NCBI GenBank assembly: GCA_030141605.1
Contig: JAQGDQ010000059.1
Coordinates: 620,001 to 684,000, forward strand
Origin: Tubiluchus corallicola
Taxonomy: Eukaryota; Animalia; Priapulida
Direction: 5' to 3'
DNA: 64,000 nt
Shown: positions 51,500-64,000 of the stretch, in pieces
Numbering within the stretch: position 1 is the stretch's first letter
Layout of the letters: every line of letters begins with the position of its first letter
Made by a program: the position numbers and the translations under genes
The notes under the pieces: generated by a model
What the model was told of the DNA's origin: nothing
What the model saw: only the letters and a program-made list of their open reading frames with translations
Databases searched by the model: none

Positions 51500-52500
51500 A
51501 TACAAATTTAAACTTTTCTGTAAATGCGTCTGATACTCAACGTGCAATTAGTAAATTAAAGACCCGTAAATCAGATGGTTTTAAACGACTGAATAATGAA
51601 CATTTTTACATATAGGAGCAGCAACAGTTATACATGCTTCAATTTTACTCAATTGTTCTATATAAATTTATTACGTTTAATCGACGTCAAAATGCTCCTA
51701 TTTTCTTCCTAAAAAACTGAAGCAAGTATCTCCCGGTTATCTTATTTAAATAACAGTTCAAGCTCTGTAGTGGAAAAAATCAAATGCCAAATATTTGGGC
51801 CACATAACCTGTAATGGCATTAAAGATAATGCGGACATCGCAAATCAAACACATTTTTTGTATATACGAGGATACGTTAATTAGAAATTTCAGCGCATGT
51901 TCTAATGAAGTTAAGTCTTATTTATTAAGACATTTATGGTAGTTTTTCCCGTCTGTCACTTTATGTCAATTCTGACGTATACGCCTCTTGAATAAACTTA
52001 GAGTAGCTTATAACAACAATATGCGAAAATACGAAAATCGATTAAAGATACAATTGTAATGCTTCTCGAATGTGTCTTGAACTGAATTTACCTCACTTTT
52101 CATATATAGGCCCTACGTAAGATGTTACTATAAATTACATGTGAGCCTAACGAATTCAGAGAATCGCATTTTACATAGTTATTGTTATTTTGATTTGAGT
52201 ACCTGAGTTACGTTTCAGTGCATACTTCGTAATGTTGAATAACTACTTGTGTGGTTATTGATTCTTAATTAATAAGTCAGTCATGGTTGCTTTTCAATTT
52301 CATTTTTATTCCGTGTATGCCTTTTAAATTAGTTTACGTATTTTGTTTTATATTCATACTGAGTGATTAGTGTAAATTATTTAATTAAAGTTTTTGTCTT
52401 GGCATATTGTCATTATCTGTGTTGTGTGACTGGTTTAAATGTTTCTTTTTAATGGTCTAAGTTACTGAATAAAAAAACAATGAATGAAATGAATGAATGC
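51500..52500 (+). mobile_element. Internally deleted L2-like LINE remnant with (AATG)n tail
   Basis: QRAISKLKTRKSDG..LNNEHF, KYLGHI...DNADIANQ..LY, LIRNFSACSNEVK and KLRVAYNN; the 3' end reads AATAAA...aatgaatgaaatgaatgaat. Confidence 0.7.
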
Positions 52501-53269
52501 CGCTCAGTTATTACATTGAGGGAGGCCCTGGATAAGCAAGTTTCTATGAAATTGATAAGTACGACGACGGAATTTAAGAGAGCAGGGTAGTAGTTAACCC
52601 AGTAATATCAAGAGTAGCTCAATAGAGATATGATAATATCACCGATTTTGAGAAATCACTCCAGCGCTAATGCTGAAATAGTGAGCTTTCTGGCGTTTAA
52701 GTGATAAATAATTCAATGCAAATATGCTTTAATACGTTGAAAGGTAAAAATTGTTTGATCACCTTTCTGAAAAACGCAAATGCACAGTTACTAAATACGG
52801 TCAACCACTATGTCACAGCTTCTTCTGTGATTTTGGTTGCAGCTAGCAGTGCCTCTTTTCAAGCTAAGCTATAAACGCGTTTGTGTATAACTACATTTAT
52901 TATTGTCATTAATTAGCGAACGCCGCAATGCTGTATTTTCTGCACGTAGTCAGCCGTCGACTGTACCTGTCTTATTTTAACTTAATCAAGTGAGATGAAG
53001 CCCACAGCTCATTAGAGCAGCAAGAAGGTAATTGGCTGAGACTTCAATTGAATAGGATTCCGTTTGGCGCAGTTGAAGCGGATGTACGCGATTTTCAGAA
53101 AATAGTAAAGCTTCAATTGTATTGTAACATTGTATTGTATTATTTTATTATTGTATTGAACTGGATTGTAACACTATACTGTAATATAATGCACAAGGAA
53201 TACTGTACACTGTATTATACTAAACTACTCGGCACCCAATATCTCACACTAAACAGCACTGCGGCAAAC

Positions 53270-53580
53270 TGTACTACACAATCCTACGCTACACTACACT
53301 ACACTACACTACACTACACTACGCTACGCTACACTACACTACAGGACGTATTGTCCTAATAATCTACTCTGCGCTGCACTGCACTACACTGCGGGCTGCA
53401 CTTCACTACACTACACTACACAATATTAAACTATGTATTGTCCTAATACTGGTAATCTACACTGCACTGCACTGCACTGCACTGCACTGCACTGCACTGC
53501 ACTGCACTACACTACACTACACTACACTACACTACACTACACTACACTACACTACACTACACTACACTACACTACACGAT
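53270..53580. repeat. Compound pentanucleotide microsatellite (CACTA)n/(CACTG)n
   Basis: Long runs of actac/actgc units, interrupted three times by gtattgtc(c/t)taat(a). Confidence 0.95.
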
Positions 53581-53639
53581 GTATTGTCTTAATAATCTAC
53601 ACTGCTACGATACTCTATTATGCACTGGTATTTTCGCAC

Positions 53640-53775
53640 TGCCTGCTGCTGCTATTGCTATTGATGCTATTAATGGGGCCACTGCTGCTGATGCTGTTAT
53701 TGCTACTGGTGCTGTAACTGGTGTCACTGCTGCTGATGCTGATGCTGCTGTTATTGCTACTGATGCTATTAGTAT
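53640..53775. repeat. Degenerate (GCT/GAT)n trinucleotide tract
   Basis: gctgctgctattgctattgatgct...gctgctgatgctgatgctgctg. Confidence 0.8.
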
Positions 53776-54449
53776 TGCACAGTTGTTTTGCACTGCACAC
53801 TACAGTGCTAGCTGGTACTATTGATAAGAGTACTTCTAATTATAAAATTCTCGTACTGTTACCTAATTATCCATGCCGACATTAGTCGGTGCGTCGGATA
53901 GAGCATTTAGTCTCGTCTGTTTGCCTTTCTGTGTGTCTGCATGATAATTTTTTGCTCGCAGTGACTTCTTATGAGTGTCACCAGCTCAGCTGAGTTTTTG
54001 TGGCTGCTAAATTTAAATACGACGACTGCATACGCAGATGTTGTACAATAATCTCGAGGAATATAATATGTTTTATCGATGTGCTCACTGATCGACATAA
54101 GAGCCGTGTAAGCCTGGGCAAGCTAATCACCGCTATACAGACTTGGCTTCATGAATAGAGCAGCAAGGCAGGCGCGTTGTCCATCAAACGAGACAGAATT
54201 ATCCTACGTGGTGGTGACATCTCACCAATATGGTGATGATGCTGATTGTGTAGTGTTAATCTGCGAATTTGAAGAGGCTATTTTTTGCACAGACGTGTCT
54301 AAGAATATCAGCTTATTTAAAGAAATATAGGTGTTCAGTCGTATTGTAAGTTTCAAGATTAAAATATTCGTGTTTCGCTGCCGTATCAAAGGTAAGGTAT
54401 CAAACACGTACTCGCTCACATGCAAAATATTCGAATAAATGACGCATGT

Positions 54450-55260
54450 GAAATATTTAGTATTTAATATTGATTGGGTAAATACGCAATAAATACATTG
54501 TTTACAAAAAATATAAATGCAATAAAACATATACAATATTAGTAACACACTGTGCAAGTTAAAAAGCTGTACAATAGTTTAAACTAAACGAAGAACATCA
54601 AAAATTGAGGCCCAATGGGATAACAACCACACATGCCAGATACACTTAAGCTGCAATGAAGGCAAAATATAATTGGATGTCAAAATGCACTTTAGATATT
54701 TAAAGAATGATGAAAAGCTTTTATTTGCGCAGGCAAAAATAAACTATATTAGTGCTGGCGTAACCTCACTAGTATATCTAGCGCATATAACAAAGCACGC
54801 GTGTAGGCGGTAAAACACAAATAAATTATAATCCTACTGTATCCGAATTTTTTTCGTTGGTTTATACAAACTGCATCAGACTACAAAAATAATCTTATAA
54901 TATATCAAGTAAGGCGGCAATCAATTAGCTTACTAAACTACAGCTGTATCAGCTGTATAAGGTAAAATTTATTCTGTCTCGTGGTTGGTGATGATCACGA
55001 CTGTATGTGCAAAATAATAAATTGCGTGTTGTTTACATAATTTGTGTTTTCTATATGATTCACATTTTTGCACAAGGCAGTGAAATATTGAAAATGCGTA
55101 TGTATAAAGGATTGCAGTGTGAACAAGCTTGTATAAAATATGGTGTATAAACAATAATGTGCCAAAGTAGGCCTACTCCCGCTAAAACCAAATCTATAAT
55201 CTAGAAGTAAGCTGTTAGCCACGATTTTCTGCATTAATACAGGCACGGTAATTAAAGATA
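54450..55260 (-). mobile_element. Highly decayed non-LTR RT remnant
   Basis: QKIV...FGFSGSRPT (cf. EKIV...QxGFRxxRST) and Y(T)ADTAV (cf. YADDT) occur in RT order. Confidence 0.45.
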
Positions 55261-55329
55261 ATGATCAACATTTCTAAATTTCAACCATTTTTAGTCCAAG
55301 TTAGAAGTTACTGAGCAATTTTCGAGCAT

Positions 55330-56590
55330 TTTTGCTATGATAATAGGCTTAATTGTTTTAGTATTACTACTATAACTCAAAAAACATTTCAGAAAAAGCT
55401 ATGTTCATTTATATGAGCTTGCAATATCTCAAGCGTGCTTTAGACTTGCAAAGTTGCACAGCTCGTGTCTGAATGAAATGACTGTAATTTTAATGTTTTA
55501 CTACTCAACCAACTCAACCACCGATTCAAAGGAACAGCAATAGATCGCAGTTTTCCTTTCTTTTCGAACTTCACTGACTTAACAGAAGAATCTGAACTTG
55601 TTAATATAAAATTGCTTGCAGATGACGTTGAACTGTGTCAAAGTGTATACTTCGAAGGTACGAGCGATATTCAGCATACCATAGATGTATTGTAAATTGG
55701 TCAAAGATTTGGCAGCTTAAAATCGCAACCTGTAAGTGTAATGTGGTACAATATAGACAAGAAAACCTGCCAATTTTTATACAATGTCAGGTAATATACT
55801 GCCAAGTGTATCCGTTGTACTTGATCAAATGATCTTAAAGTTAAATCGCACTATATCGAAATTTCTAAAAAAGCTAGTAGAATTTTGAATATAAGCTGGA
55901 AATGTTATTGTACTTTTCATGGCCTATATGTCAGGTCAAACTGGCCAATTATGGAATATTGCTCCCCCGCTCCCCCATGTACTGGAAAAGATCCAAAGAT
56001 ATTTCACACGTCGAGTTTTCTACAGATGTAATTTAAACTATGTATCTTACCCCGAGAGACTTAAGTTACTAGGCTTGGAATCTCTTGAAGAAAGACGCCT
56101 AAAACTGACTTAGTCGTGTGTTATAATATCATACACAAAGAAGAGGATTTATAGATTCTGACATGTTTTAGTCGTGCAATAACATTAGGCGGAATCTTCC
56201 TCTATAATTATATGCGAGACGTGTTTCCAAAACTAATTTTGCTCATTTCTTCTCAAATCGTGTAGTGCCAATATGGAATTCCCTACCATCATATATAAAT
56301 GAACATCTTTTGGCCATCGCTATGAATGCCGAATTATTCCAGAAACGCTAAAATACTTTGGATTTAAATCAGTATCTGTATTACGATAGGCATTACGATT
56401 GTTTAATATTACTTTATTTGGAATATTCTGTAATGTTGTATATCATATTATAAAGCGTGTTTAAAAGCAATACATCTCTGTTCGCCTCTTCCGCACCCTA
56501 ATCACTATTTTTATTGATTGACCATAATTTAGTGCCTTTATTGTATTATTTTTAGGGATGTCAAATAAACTAAACTAAACTAAGTTAAGA
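55330..56590 (+). mobile_element. Decayed CR1/L2-group LINE 3' portion with (TAAAC)n tail
   Basis: KLLADDVEL, WSKIWQLKIATCKC, LEKIQRYFTRR...SYPERLKLLGLESLEERRL and HFFSNRVVPIWNSLP; the element ends AATAAACTAAACTAAACTAA. Confidence 0.85.
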
Positions 56591-57309
56591 TGCGTGTATT
56601 TAAAATGAGAGTTTAAACCCTAGGGCAAAAATATAATCGCTAAGCTGATAAGAGCTATTAGGTGCATTTTTTTATATGTAGTGTAATGTAATATTTATTT
56701 CAATGTCTGAAATTTCAATTTTTTTATGTCTTGTTATCACTGACACATTTCTCATGGCGTTGATTGAACAATAGTTTCAAGTTCGGTAATAATACGTTTT
56801 GTTGACTATAGACTTGTTTTTTGTCAATCCACCTGCAGTGTTATTGTTGTTCCACACATAAGCCTATTGCTTTCCTGTAGTTATTTTTTTCCCGAGCAAT
56901 GAGCATGACAAACTGTGAAGATTTTCTCCTTATTGATTTTTACTGGTTTTCATTAATCGCTTGTTCATTAATACGTTTCAACCGCATTTATCTATTATTC
57001 TTTGCATAATAATTAACGATTATTGACAATTTTTATCAACGAAGATAAACAGAATTCAGTACCAGTTAATATCCATCAACGAGGATAATTCCACAATTGT
57101 CCTTGGAGAAAGGAAATAAATATGTTATTATAGAAAGCTATTCTATTCACAAATTACATCTGCTGACGAGGGAACGATTTAAGATTATGATCATTTATCT
57201 AACTATAATGATATGATGACGATGACTGTCGATGAGCGATGACTGACTATTGCTAGGCTCAAGAACAAGATTAAAATGAATGATTAACTGCAAAGAGCTG
57301 GTAACTTTG

Positions 57310-57590
57310 CTGGTTGTTGACTGACTGACTGTCTGGCTGGCTGTTGTGTATTTGTAGGTAGGCTGTCAATTCAACTAACTAACAGACAGATAGGCTATCA
57401 TTTAGTTCGACCAGCCTGTCAGCCTGCCAGTTAGTTGTCACTCAATCACTCAGTTATTTTGTATGACATTCAGTCTGTTGGTTGATCAGTCGGTTGGTTG
57501 GTGGTCCATGACCGGTGTGTTAATTTGTAAGTTAGTTAGACAGTTAGCCGTCCTGTTAGCTAACTAACCAGTCAGACAGCCATTCAGTAA
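57310..57590. repeat. Degenerate (GACT/GGTT/AGTC)n tetranucleotide tract
   Basis: tgactgactgactgtctggctggctg...cggttggttggtgg...agttagttagacagttag. Confidence 0.6.
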
Positions 57591-58499
57591 ATTTGTCTCT
57601 CTTTCCACCTGTTTGTGCTAGGTTTCTGTCTATAAAGCGGAGATTAGGCTTCAAACAAGCGCAATCAGTGCGGTCTATCGTGAAACTTGATAGAAAAATT
57701 AAGAAACTAAAAAAAGAGGAAATAAATAAATCGAACAGCGTATAGCGATAGAATGAAAAGAATGGTAAGGAAGATCGAAGATAAAGTAGAGGGAAGAAAA
57801 TAAACCATGCGAGAAACATATGCTCGTCGTACAATATCATGAGTAAGTGCGATTATTTTAATTACTGCATTTTTTCACATTTTTATAATGCACATGCAAT
57901 TAGTGAAGTCAGTTCTATGAACAGTTTAAGTTAAGCAGTTAATTAACTGAACAGGAAAGCAGACCTTCTTTGAAATGATGAAAATTAAAAAAATAACTTG
58001 AGTACAAAGTTCGCGTATTCAGAATTAGTAGTACTTGAGTTACGAACCATGCAAAAATACTTTTTTCGTTACTTTGTTAGTTTCCATTCAATAACGCTGG
58101 GTAATCAAGTGCATTATACTGACTGTCGAGGGACCAAATTAGAAACAAAATATTATTTATGCTTATTAACTATTGAGTTGTATCATATGTATTCAGGTCT
58201 ATTTATCTTTCTTGGCAGAATCTGGTCACACATGAACGCAACTAACGAAAACTGGGAATATCAACAGAAAGAAGAATCGGTACGGTGGTGCCATCTGCTG
58301 GAGGTTACGATAAACTGCCTTACTGACTTCAGTGTAGTTGCGCTTCCCTCACTGAATCATGTTTATAATAGCGCCTCTAACTATACGCACTAAACATCAA
58401 AAAACAAATGGTTGTAATGAAGGTGCATTAACTCAATTTTAAACAAACGTGACAGCAGGTTATCATATCAGTCATAACAAACCCAGTGTTGGTATTATT

Positions 58500-59531
58500 A
58501 TGAACGAATTAAATGTCATTGCTGCTATTCCACTTACGGTGGTAACCGGGATAGGCCTAATAGGCAACACACTGACTATCTTGGTCACTGCTACTTACCA
58601 TAGGAAGACCACAATGACAATGCTAATTCTGAACCTCGCTGTCGCCGACCTGGCATTTGAACTGGTTGACTGCATTACGACCACAACTTACACCGCCATA
58701 GCTATCTGGCCTTTTGGCGCAAAAATATGCAGATTCGAAAAATACTTCAGTCTAGTTTGTTCGTACGTAAGTATGTATACGGTGACATTTATGTGTTGTG
58801 AGCGCTACCTAGCGTTCAGGGATTATTCCAAGGATAGGCGGAAAAACTTCATGGCTGCGCTTATTTGGGTATGGGTAATAGCAGCTATTGGATCTTGCTA
58901 CACGTTTTCAATAACCGAGTACAAGGAAGCAGAAAAACAGTGTCTTTACCAGCCTTCAACTTCAATGACACGAATCCATCTTGCAGGGAAATTTGTACTT
59001 GGTTATTGCCTTCCACTAGTAATATCATTATTGTTCTTGTTAGCAAGTAGCTACCTCGTTTTGTCCGAAAAGTGGTCAGGACGGAGTATGCATGGCAAGT
59101 GTGCCAGCCACGCATGCGCAATAATCGCGAACCGTTGCGACATACGCTTCTATGGGTCACGATGTGAGGAATACTCATTTACGCCTGTGAATAAATTAGA
59201 GAGGCGCCGAGTCACTATCACTATAGTAACGATCCTCGTCATCGCTGTGCTTTTTTCGCTACCTCAATATGTTATGGAGTTGCTGGTAATTCATCAGTAT
59301 CATTTTCTGCACAAGTTTAGTGAGGAGGAACTTCAGTGGTTAGCCGGACTGTCTTTGTGCTTAGCATACATCACACCAGCAGTGAGACCCATCATCTACA
59401 TTACCTTATTACCATCGTTTAGGAGGCAGTGTAAAAAAACTTTTTGTTGCATCAAACCAAAACCTCCTCCTCCAGAATTTGATGTCAACCACGTGGTGGT
59501 GAATCCTCGCTCTAGAGAAACTGCCGTTTGA
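58500..59531 (+). CDS. Single-exon class A (rhodopsin-like) GPCR, divergent galanin/allatostatin-A receptor-like
   Basis: Seven hydrophobic segments: GLIGN (TM1), ILNLAVADL (TM2), WPFG..IC (ECL1/TM3), SMYT...ERY, GYCLP (TM5), RRRVT (TM6 start), RPIIY...FRRQ (TM7/H8), plus a CC palmitoylation-type pair. The first in-frame ATG is at 58500; the ORF is open from 58449. The subfamily assignment is tentative. Confidence 0.9.
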   Translation: MNELNVIAAIPLTVVTGIGLIGNTLTILVTATYHRKTTMTMLILNLAVADLAFELVDCITTTTYTAIAIWPFGAKICRFEKYFSLVCSYVSMYTVTFMCCERYLAFRDYSKDRRKNFMAALIWVWVIAAIGSCYTFSITEYKEAEKQCLYQPSTSMTRIHLAGKFVLGYCLPLVISLLFLLASSYLVLSEKWSGRSMHGKCASHACAIIANRCDIRFYGSRCEEYSFTPVNKLERRRVTITIVTILVIAVLFSLPQYVMELLVIHQYHFLHKFSEEELQWLAGLSLCLAYITPAVRPIIYITLLPSFRRQCKKTFCCIKPKPPPPEFDVNHVVVNPRSRETAV

Positions 59532-61570
59532 CAGAAAGACTGTTTAACTTCATTATTTAGTTGATTGGACTATAGTTAGCTATTGCACGTTGCAAGTGTT
59601 CATTATGATAACTGTGTATGAAACTGTTGTTCATTAGTTAATCAACACATTTTTTGAATGTCCATAAATGCTATTCGTTCTGTCAGCAATCTGCATTAAT
59701 CTAACATTTTGCTGGTAGATTCAATGGCTTCATAGACAGATCAAGTGGGGCAAAAATATACCCGAAGTTTAGACTACAATAATATTAAAAGCGAGTGCCC
59801 TACAAAGCCCGATATTACAATACATTAAATAGATTTAAAAAATCTATACCAAAAGTGATTTTGTTAGGTGCAATAAACAACAATAACATGAGAGGAAGTA
59901 AATAAAGTACACTGTTCATGACACTGCACTACACTTCTCAGCACTATTATACTTTTAAATTGTGCTCTGCAGACCTATACTGATACGGACCATCATGCGG
60001 CAATTATTCAGAATCTAGCTAAATACTATTGATAATCCTCTGAGACGAACAACGAATCGGCAGACGCGTCGTTGGCACGTTCCAGGCTCACGGCCCCTTT
60101 TTCCACGTCATAACTCATCATGAAGAATGAAGATCACTCTCCGCTTATTAATATCGCTTAACTGAAACTGGTTGACAACTTTTGTAAGCATTGGCACATG
60201 GGACAAAAATTTCGGGGGGGGGGGGACAGAAGGAGTTTGCCCTGGAATTTTCGTAAGTTAATTGCCCTAATTTAATATGAGTGACTTCCAAATAAGTCCA
60301 AACAATGAGTCTGCACAAGCAAAGATAATTGTACATAATACAGACTAAAAAGTTTCTAAAAAACAAATATTTATATTTATGGCCCTATATGTTTATACTT
60401 ATTCATACATATTTTTACTCAACATACGATGTTGTAATTCCTCTAGTAGTAGTATTTAAATGCAAGAAGTCAAAATTATAATAACTTTTCTAAAAAATAT
60501 GAGACGAACAAGACAGAAGCCAAGTTTGTACTTCACGGAACTAACATGTAAATACTTTCAAATAATATTCCTAATGTTTAAGAAATTCAAAAGAAATAAT
60601 GGTGACAGTCTGTGTTTTTCTTTTGCAAACATGTCTATAACCTTATCAGTACATTGATGAGCATGTACGTGTACTTAAAAAGTGCATAAAGGGCTTGCTC
60701 GATTTTAGTGACCTGAATCTGATAGCACGTTTTTTACTAATTTTGAAATTTTTAAAAGTTAAAAGCAATTCGCCGTATAAGAAACACTTTAACTGCAGCC
60801 AGCAAAAATTAAGAGATGGTGTAGCACGTAAGAAATTTTGAATAGCGAAATCTTAAATTATGAAATTTAAAAACAAAACTTGCTTGCCCTGAAATAACGA
60901 GCTTTTGCTCTAAAAATGTACGATTCGTTAGCCACGGGAGGGCTGCCTACCGACCACCTCAGATCCCACGCTTCGTACGCCTATGATAGTAAGACCATCA
61001 ATATAAAATATAGGAGTGGCGTTTCTCTCATGATGTTTATTCCTTTTTAATAGTCGTCAAAGTCAGAAACCGAAAGGAAAAAATAAATTGCACTGTGACC
61101 AGTGCACTCAATGAGATGTTAGCAGTAAAAGCACCATGGGAAGGAGTTCTCTAGTGTAAAACGCCACCTTGCTATACTGACATCCCTGTCTTAATCATTT
61201 GCAATAGCAGCGAAAATAGTATCAAAGCCAATTTGTTTCAGACATGTGTCACAGTCGACACTTCCCAAACGATACCTTGGTTAAGCTGAATACCGGCGGC
61301 TACCTGGGTCGCAGTCTAAAACTGAACGCGAATGCTGTTTCTCTAGATGTGAGGTGAGACTAATTAAGAGGTTTAAGACACGGCCATTTTATTAAGCCAT
61401 TCGGAGCAAAACTCCGAATTTAGACTCAAAAAATTAGTCAATATTAACGATATCATCAGTTAGATTATGACTGTTATGCCAGAATGTTCATAAACCACTA
61501 CTGTTTATTTCGCAAATATTGTTACCTATTGCGGGTAATGACATGAAGAAAGAAAGGAGACGTTGAAAAT

Positions 61571-61646
61571 TGTGAACCATTCGGGACTTGAACCCGAGAC
61601 CTGAGAATAGACCACCACGCTCTGACATTCTGGTTAACAATTTTCC
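61571..61646 (-). pseudogene. tRNA-derived sequence (tRNA pseudogene or SINE head)
   Basis: Perfect T-arm TCGGG-TTCAAGT-CCCGA (B-box) with a decayed A-box TAACCAGAATGTCAGAGC upstream. The acceptor and anticodon stems do not pair. Confidence 0.55.
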
Positions 61647-62588
61647 AGTGTCCTCTTTCCTTCTCCAATTCATTACTCGAAAGGGATAATAATTGTTGTG
61701 AAATAAACCGCAATGGTTGGTGAAAATTCTGGCATTCGCAATCATAACTAGCGAATGTTAGACTAAAAAATCTCAACTATTGATCGAGTAAGAGTTTACC
61801 AGAGGATAAACGGCATTAGTCGAATAGCTAATAAAGCAATGCTATTGAAAAAAAAATCAATTTACGGAGTCGGGTTTTTGGAGTGCTAAATCAAATACCT
61901 CTAATCTGGTGTGATAAAGCGCTACCAGTGGGGACAACATTGACATTCGATCTCTCTGACAAATACCGAAATATTTTTCTAAACGAAATAATTTTATTTT
62001 TAGAACTGATAGTAAAACCACTGTTTTTATGGATCGCAAAATTAGAAACTTGACAACAATTGTATAAACATTATTAACACAGCCTGGAATATTTGTTTTA
62101 GGAAGCTATGGCAATTGCCATACCGTGCTCACAGATACGTACTATCTCAGTGGAATTATGCCACCTAGTTACCAGTTTGATATTAGATTTCCTGAATTTT
62201 ATGCATCATGTCTTGTTGTGAACAGTGCCTTTTAATTTTTTTGCGAAAAAAGCAATTAATTTCACAAACTCTACTTTGGGTCACAACTACCAACTGATAT
62301 AAATATAACAACAATCGAGATATGTATAAGGTTAAAAGTCTAACATCATATATAAGGCAGATTTCCTGTAAAGGCGTTTATAATTTGACAAATCAGCAGA
62401 GCAAGAATGAACTTAACCCTAACTGGATATGTCAAAATTAAGTAATGTATTCTTTTTATTGTACATCCTTAACTAACAACAATATTGTTTAGTGTCTTTT
62501 TTATTCAATTTTTTATAATGTGTTAATATTTTTATTTTTCCATGCCACTAACAACTTGAAAATTGTACTATGCAATTTCGAAATAAGT

Positions 62589-62762
<174 letters not shown>

Positions 62763-63439
62763 ACATACTTACATTAGTTTAGTTCTTGATGGTCTTGGAT
62801 CTCGGAAACAGCAAATTCTGAAAGCTAGGAGCAGAAAGCTACCAGTAAACATTCCATTCACAGTAATTTTTTAATATATTTTTATTTCATGAGTAGAATT
62901 ACTCACTCAGAAAAAGCACCTGTTGGAATGATCATGGTGATGATAAATCTTTTTATTTGTAAATATATATATATATATATATACAAGGCCTCTATTTGCA
63001 AGCCAAAATTTAGAGCGTTAATTAATATACCAAAATATGCAAAATCATATGTTAAAATCAATTTAAAAATATACCATATTCAATACTAACAATATTTTCC
63101 AATAACAACTATAAGAAGCCATACATTTTAAAATAAAATTAACGCAAAATAATGAATATACAATGAACAAGGCAGTAAAGGAAGTTACGTATGCAATAAA
63201 CTGTAAGATTAAGTAGTCCTAACATTTGTAGTTATAGTGTGTACAATATAAGCATCAGTAATTACGTGATAACAAAAGCATCAATCAAGTTCTTGCTTTG
63301 CTTAGTACTCAGTTTCACTTAGTAAGGAAGCAACCAGGACCTAATTGCTTTTATTAATGATGCAGTGTACCGTGCCTCTAATCTTTGGATCTTTATGTTG
63401 CTCGCTAAAATGGCGTGGTCTAGTCCTTTTTAATAAATT

Positions 63440-63580
63440 ATGGCTGGGGGAGGTTTACGCAAGGGCCAACAAACAGCTAAAGGGGCTAGGGGAGCGTTGT
63501 AAGCTCCACCAACGAGGGCCAGGTCGGTCATGCGTTTTGTTGCATTTGGGACATTTTCGATGCATCTAAGAGCAGTTTTT
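63440..63580. repeat. Fragment of a GC-rich MITE-type repeat
   Basis: ggggctaggggagcgttgtaagctccacc hairpin motif (GGAGC...GCTCC), typical of widespread invertebrate non-autonomous DNA elements. Confidence 0.5.
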
Positions 63581-64000
63581 GTGTTTTAGAACTGATTTTG
63601 GTTGAAACAAATAACCTCAGTATTTACAATGTTTTTACAGACTTTGAATCATTACTTAAAGGACGATTTAATCAACTTTGCGTTGCAGATAATGTTCAGA
63701 AAGAATGTCTTTGTATCTTTTCTGCGTTAATGGCTTTTAAGACATCTGAGAGCGCTTCTAATTCAATTTTTTACACGTTTCGGCTTTTGTCTTTATCGAA
63801 TTTGTAATTATAATTGTCGAACTTCAGTCAAAGCAATTACAATCAATAAAGCTATAAGCAAATGCGTCTAAGACATAGACATAGACATAGATATTTTATT
63901 TATCTCCTCATTTACACGAGAATACAAATAGACTATTATTGCTATAGTTATTAATTAATCAAGATAGATTATGCAGGAAAGAGATAAATAAAGGAAAGAG

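Noticed and set aside
53048-53824. LHYTT/LHCTA and Ala-rich ORFs; CRISPR-like appearance
   Set aside because: Pentanucleotide and trinucleotide repeats; no unique spacers, no cas genes, eukaryotic context.
61571-61646. Functional tRNA gene
   Set aside because: Only the T-arm folds; kept as a pseudogene/SINE head.

Overview
This is AT-rich, intron-rich eukaryotic DNA, apparently from an invertebrate animal; it is not prokaryotic and has no operons or CRISPR. By reading GT-AG splice sites and phases by hand I reconstructed five genes. (1) Adenylosuccinate lyase on the - strand: 6 exons visible, with the 3' part running off the left edge. (2) A perilipin/PAT lipid-droplet protein on the - strand: 8 coding exons, ~378 aa. 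(3) The ribosome-biogenesis factor RRS1 on the + strand: 10 exons, ~376 aa. (4) A secreted GH18 chitinase on the - strand: 8 coding exons, ~627 aa, with an extremely Arg/Pro/Thr-rich linker and a CBM14 domain. (5) A single-exon, divergent galanin/allatostatin-A-like GPCR on the + strand. A probable terminal exon encoding a SAM-like domain lies antisense within an ADSL intron at the left edge. Introns and intergenic DNA hold many decayed non-LTR retrotransposons, a Tigger/pogo remnant, several MITEs, microsatellites and two perfect 23-bp palindromes. The most unusual items are the polycationic (RRPRT)n chitinase linker, the nested SAM-like gene, a candidate 5-nt microexon that would switch the perilipin C-terminus, and the GPCR's loss of canonical activation motifs. 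All family calls come from motif recognition; no searches were run.
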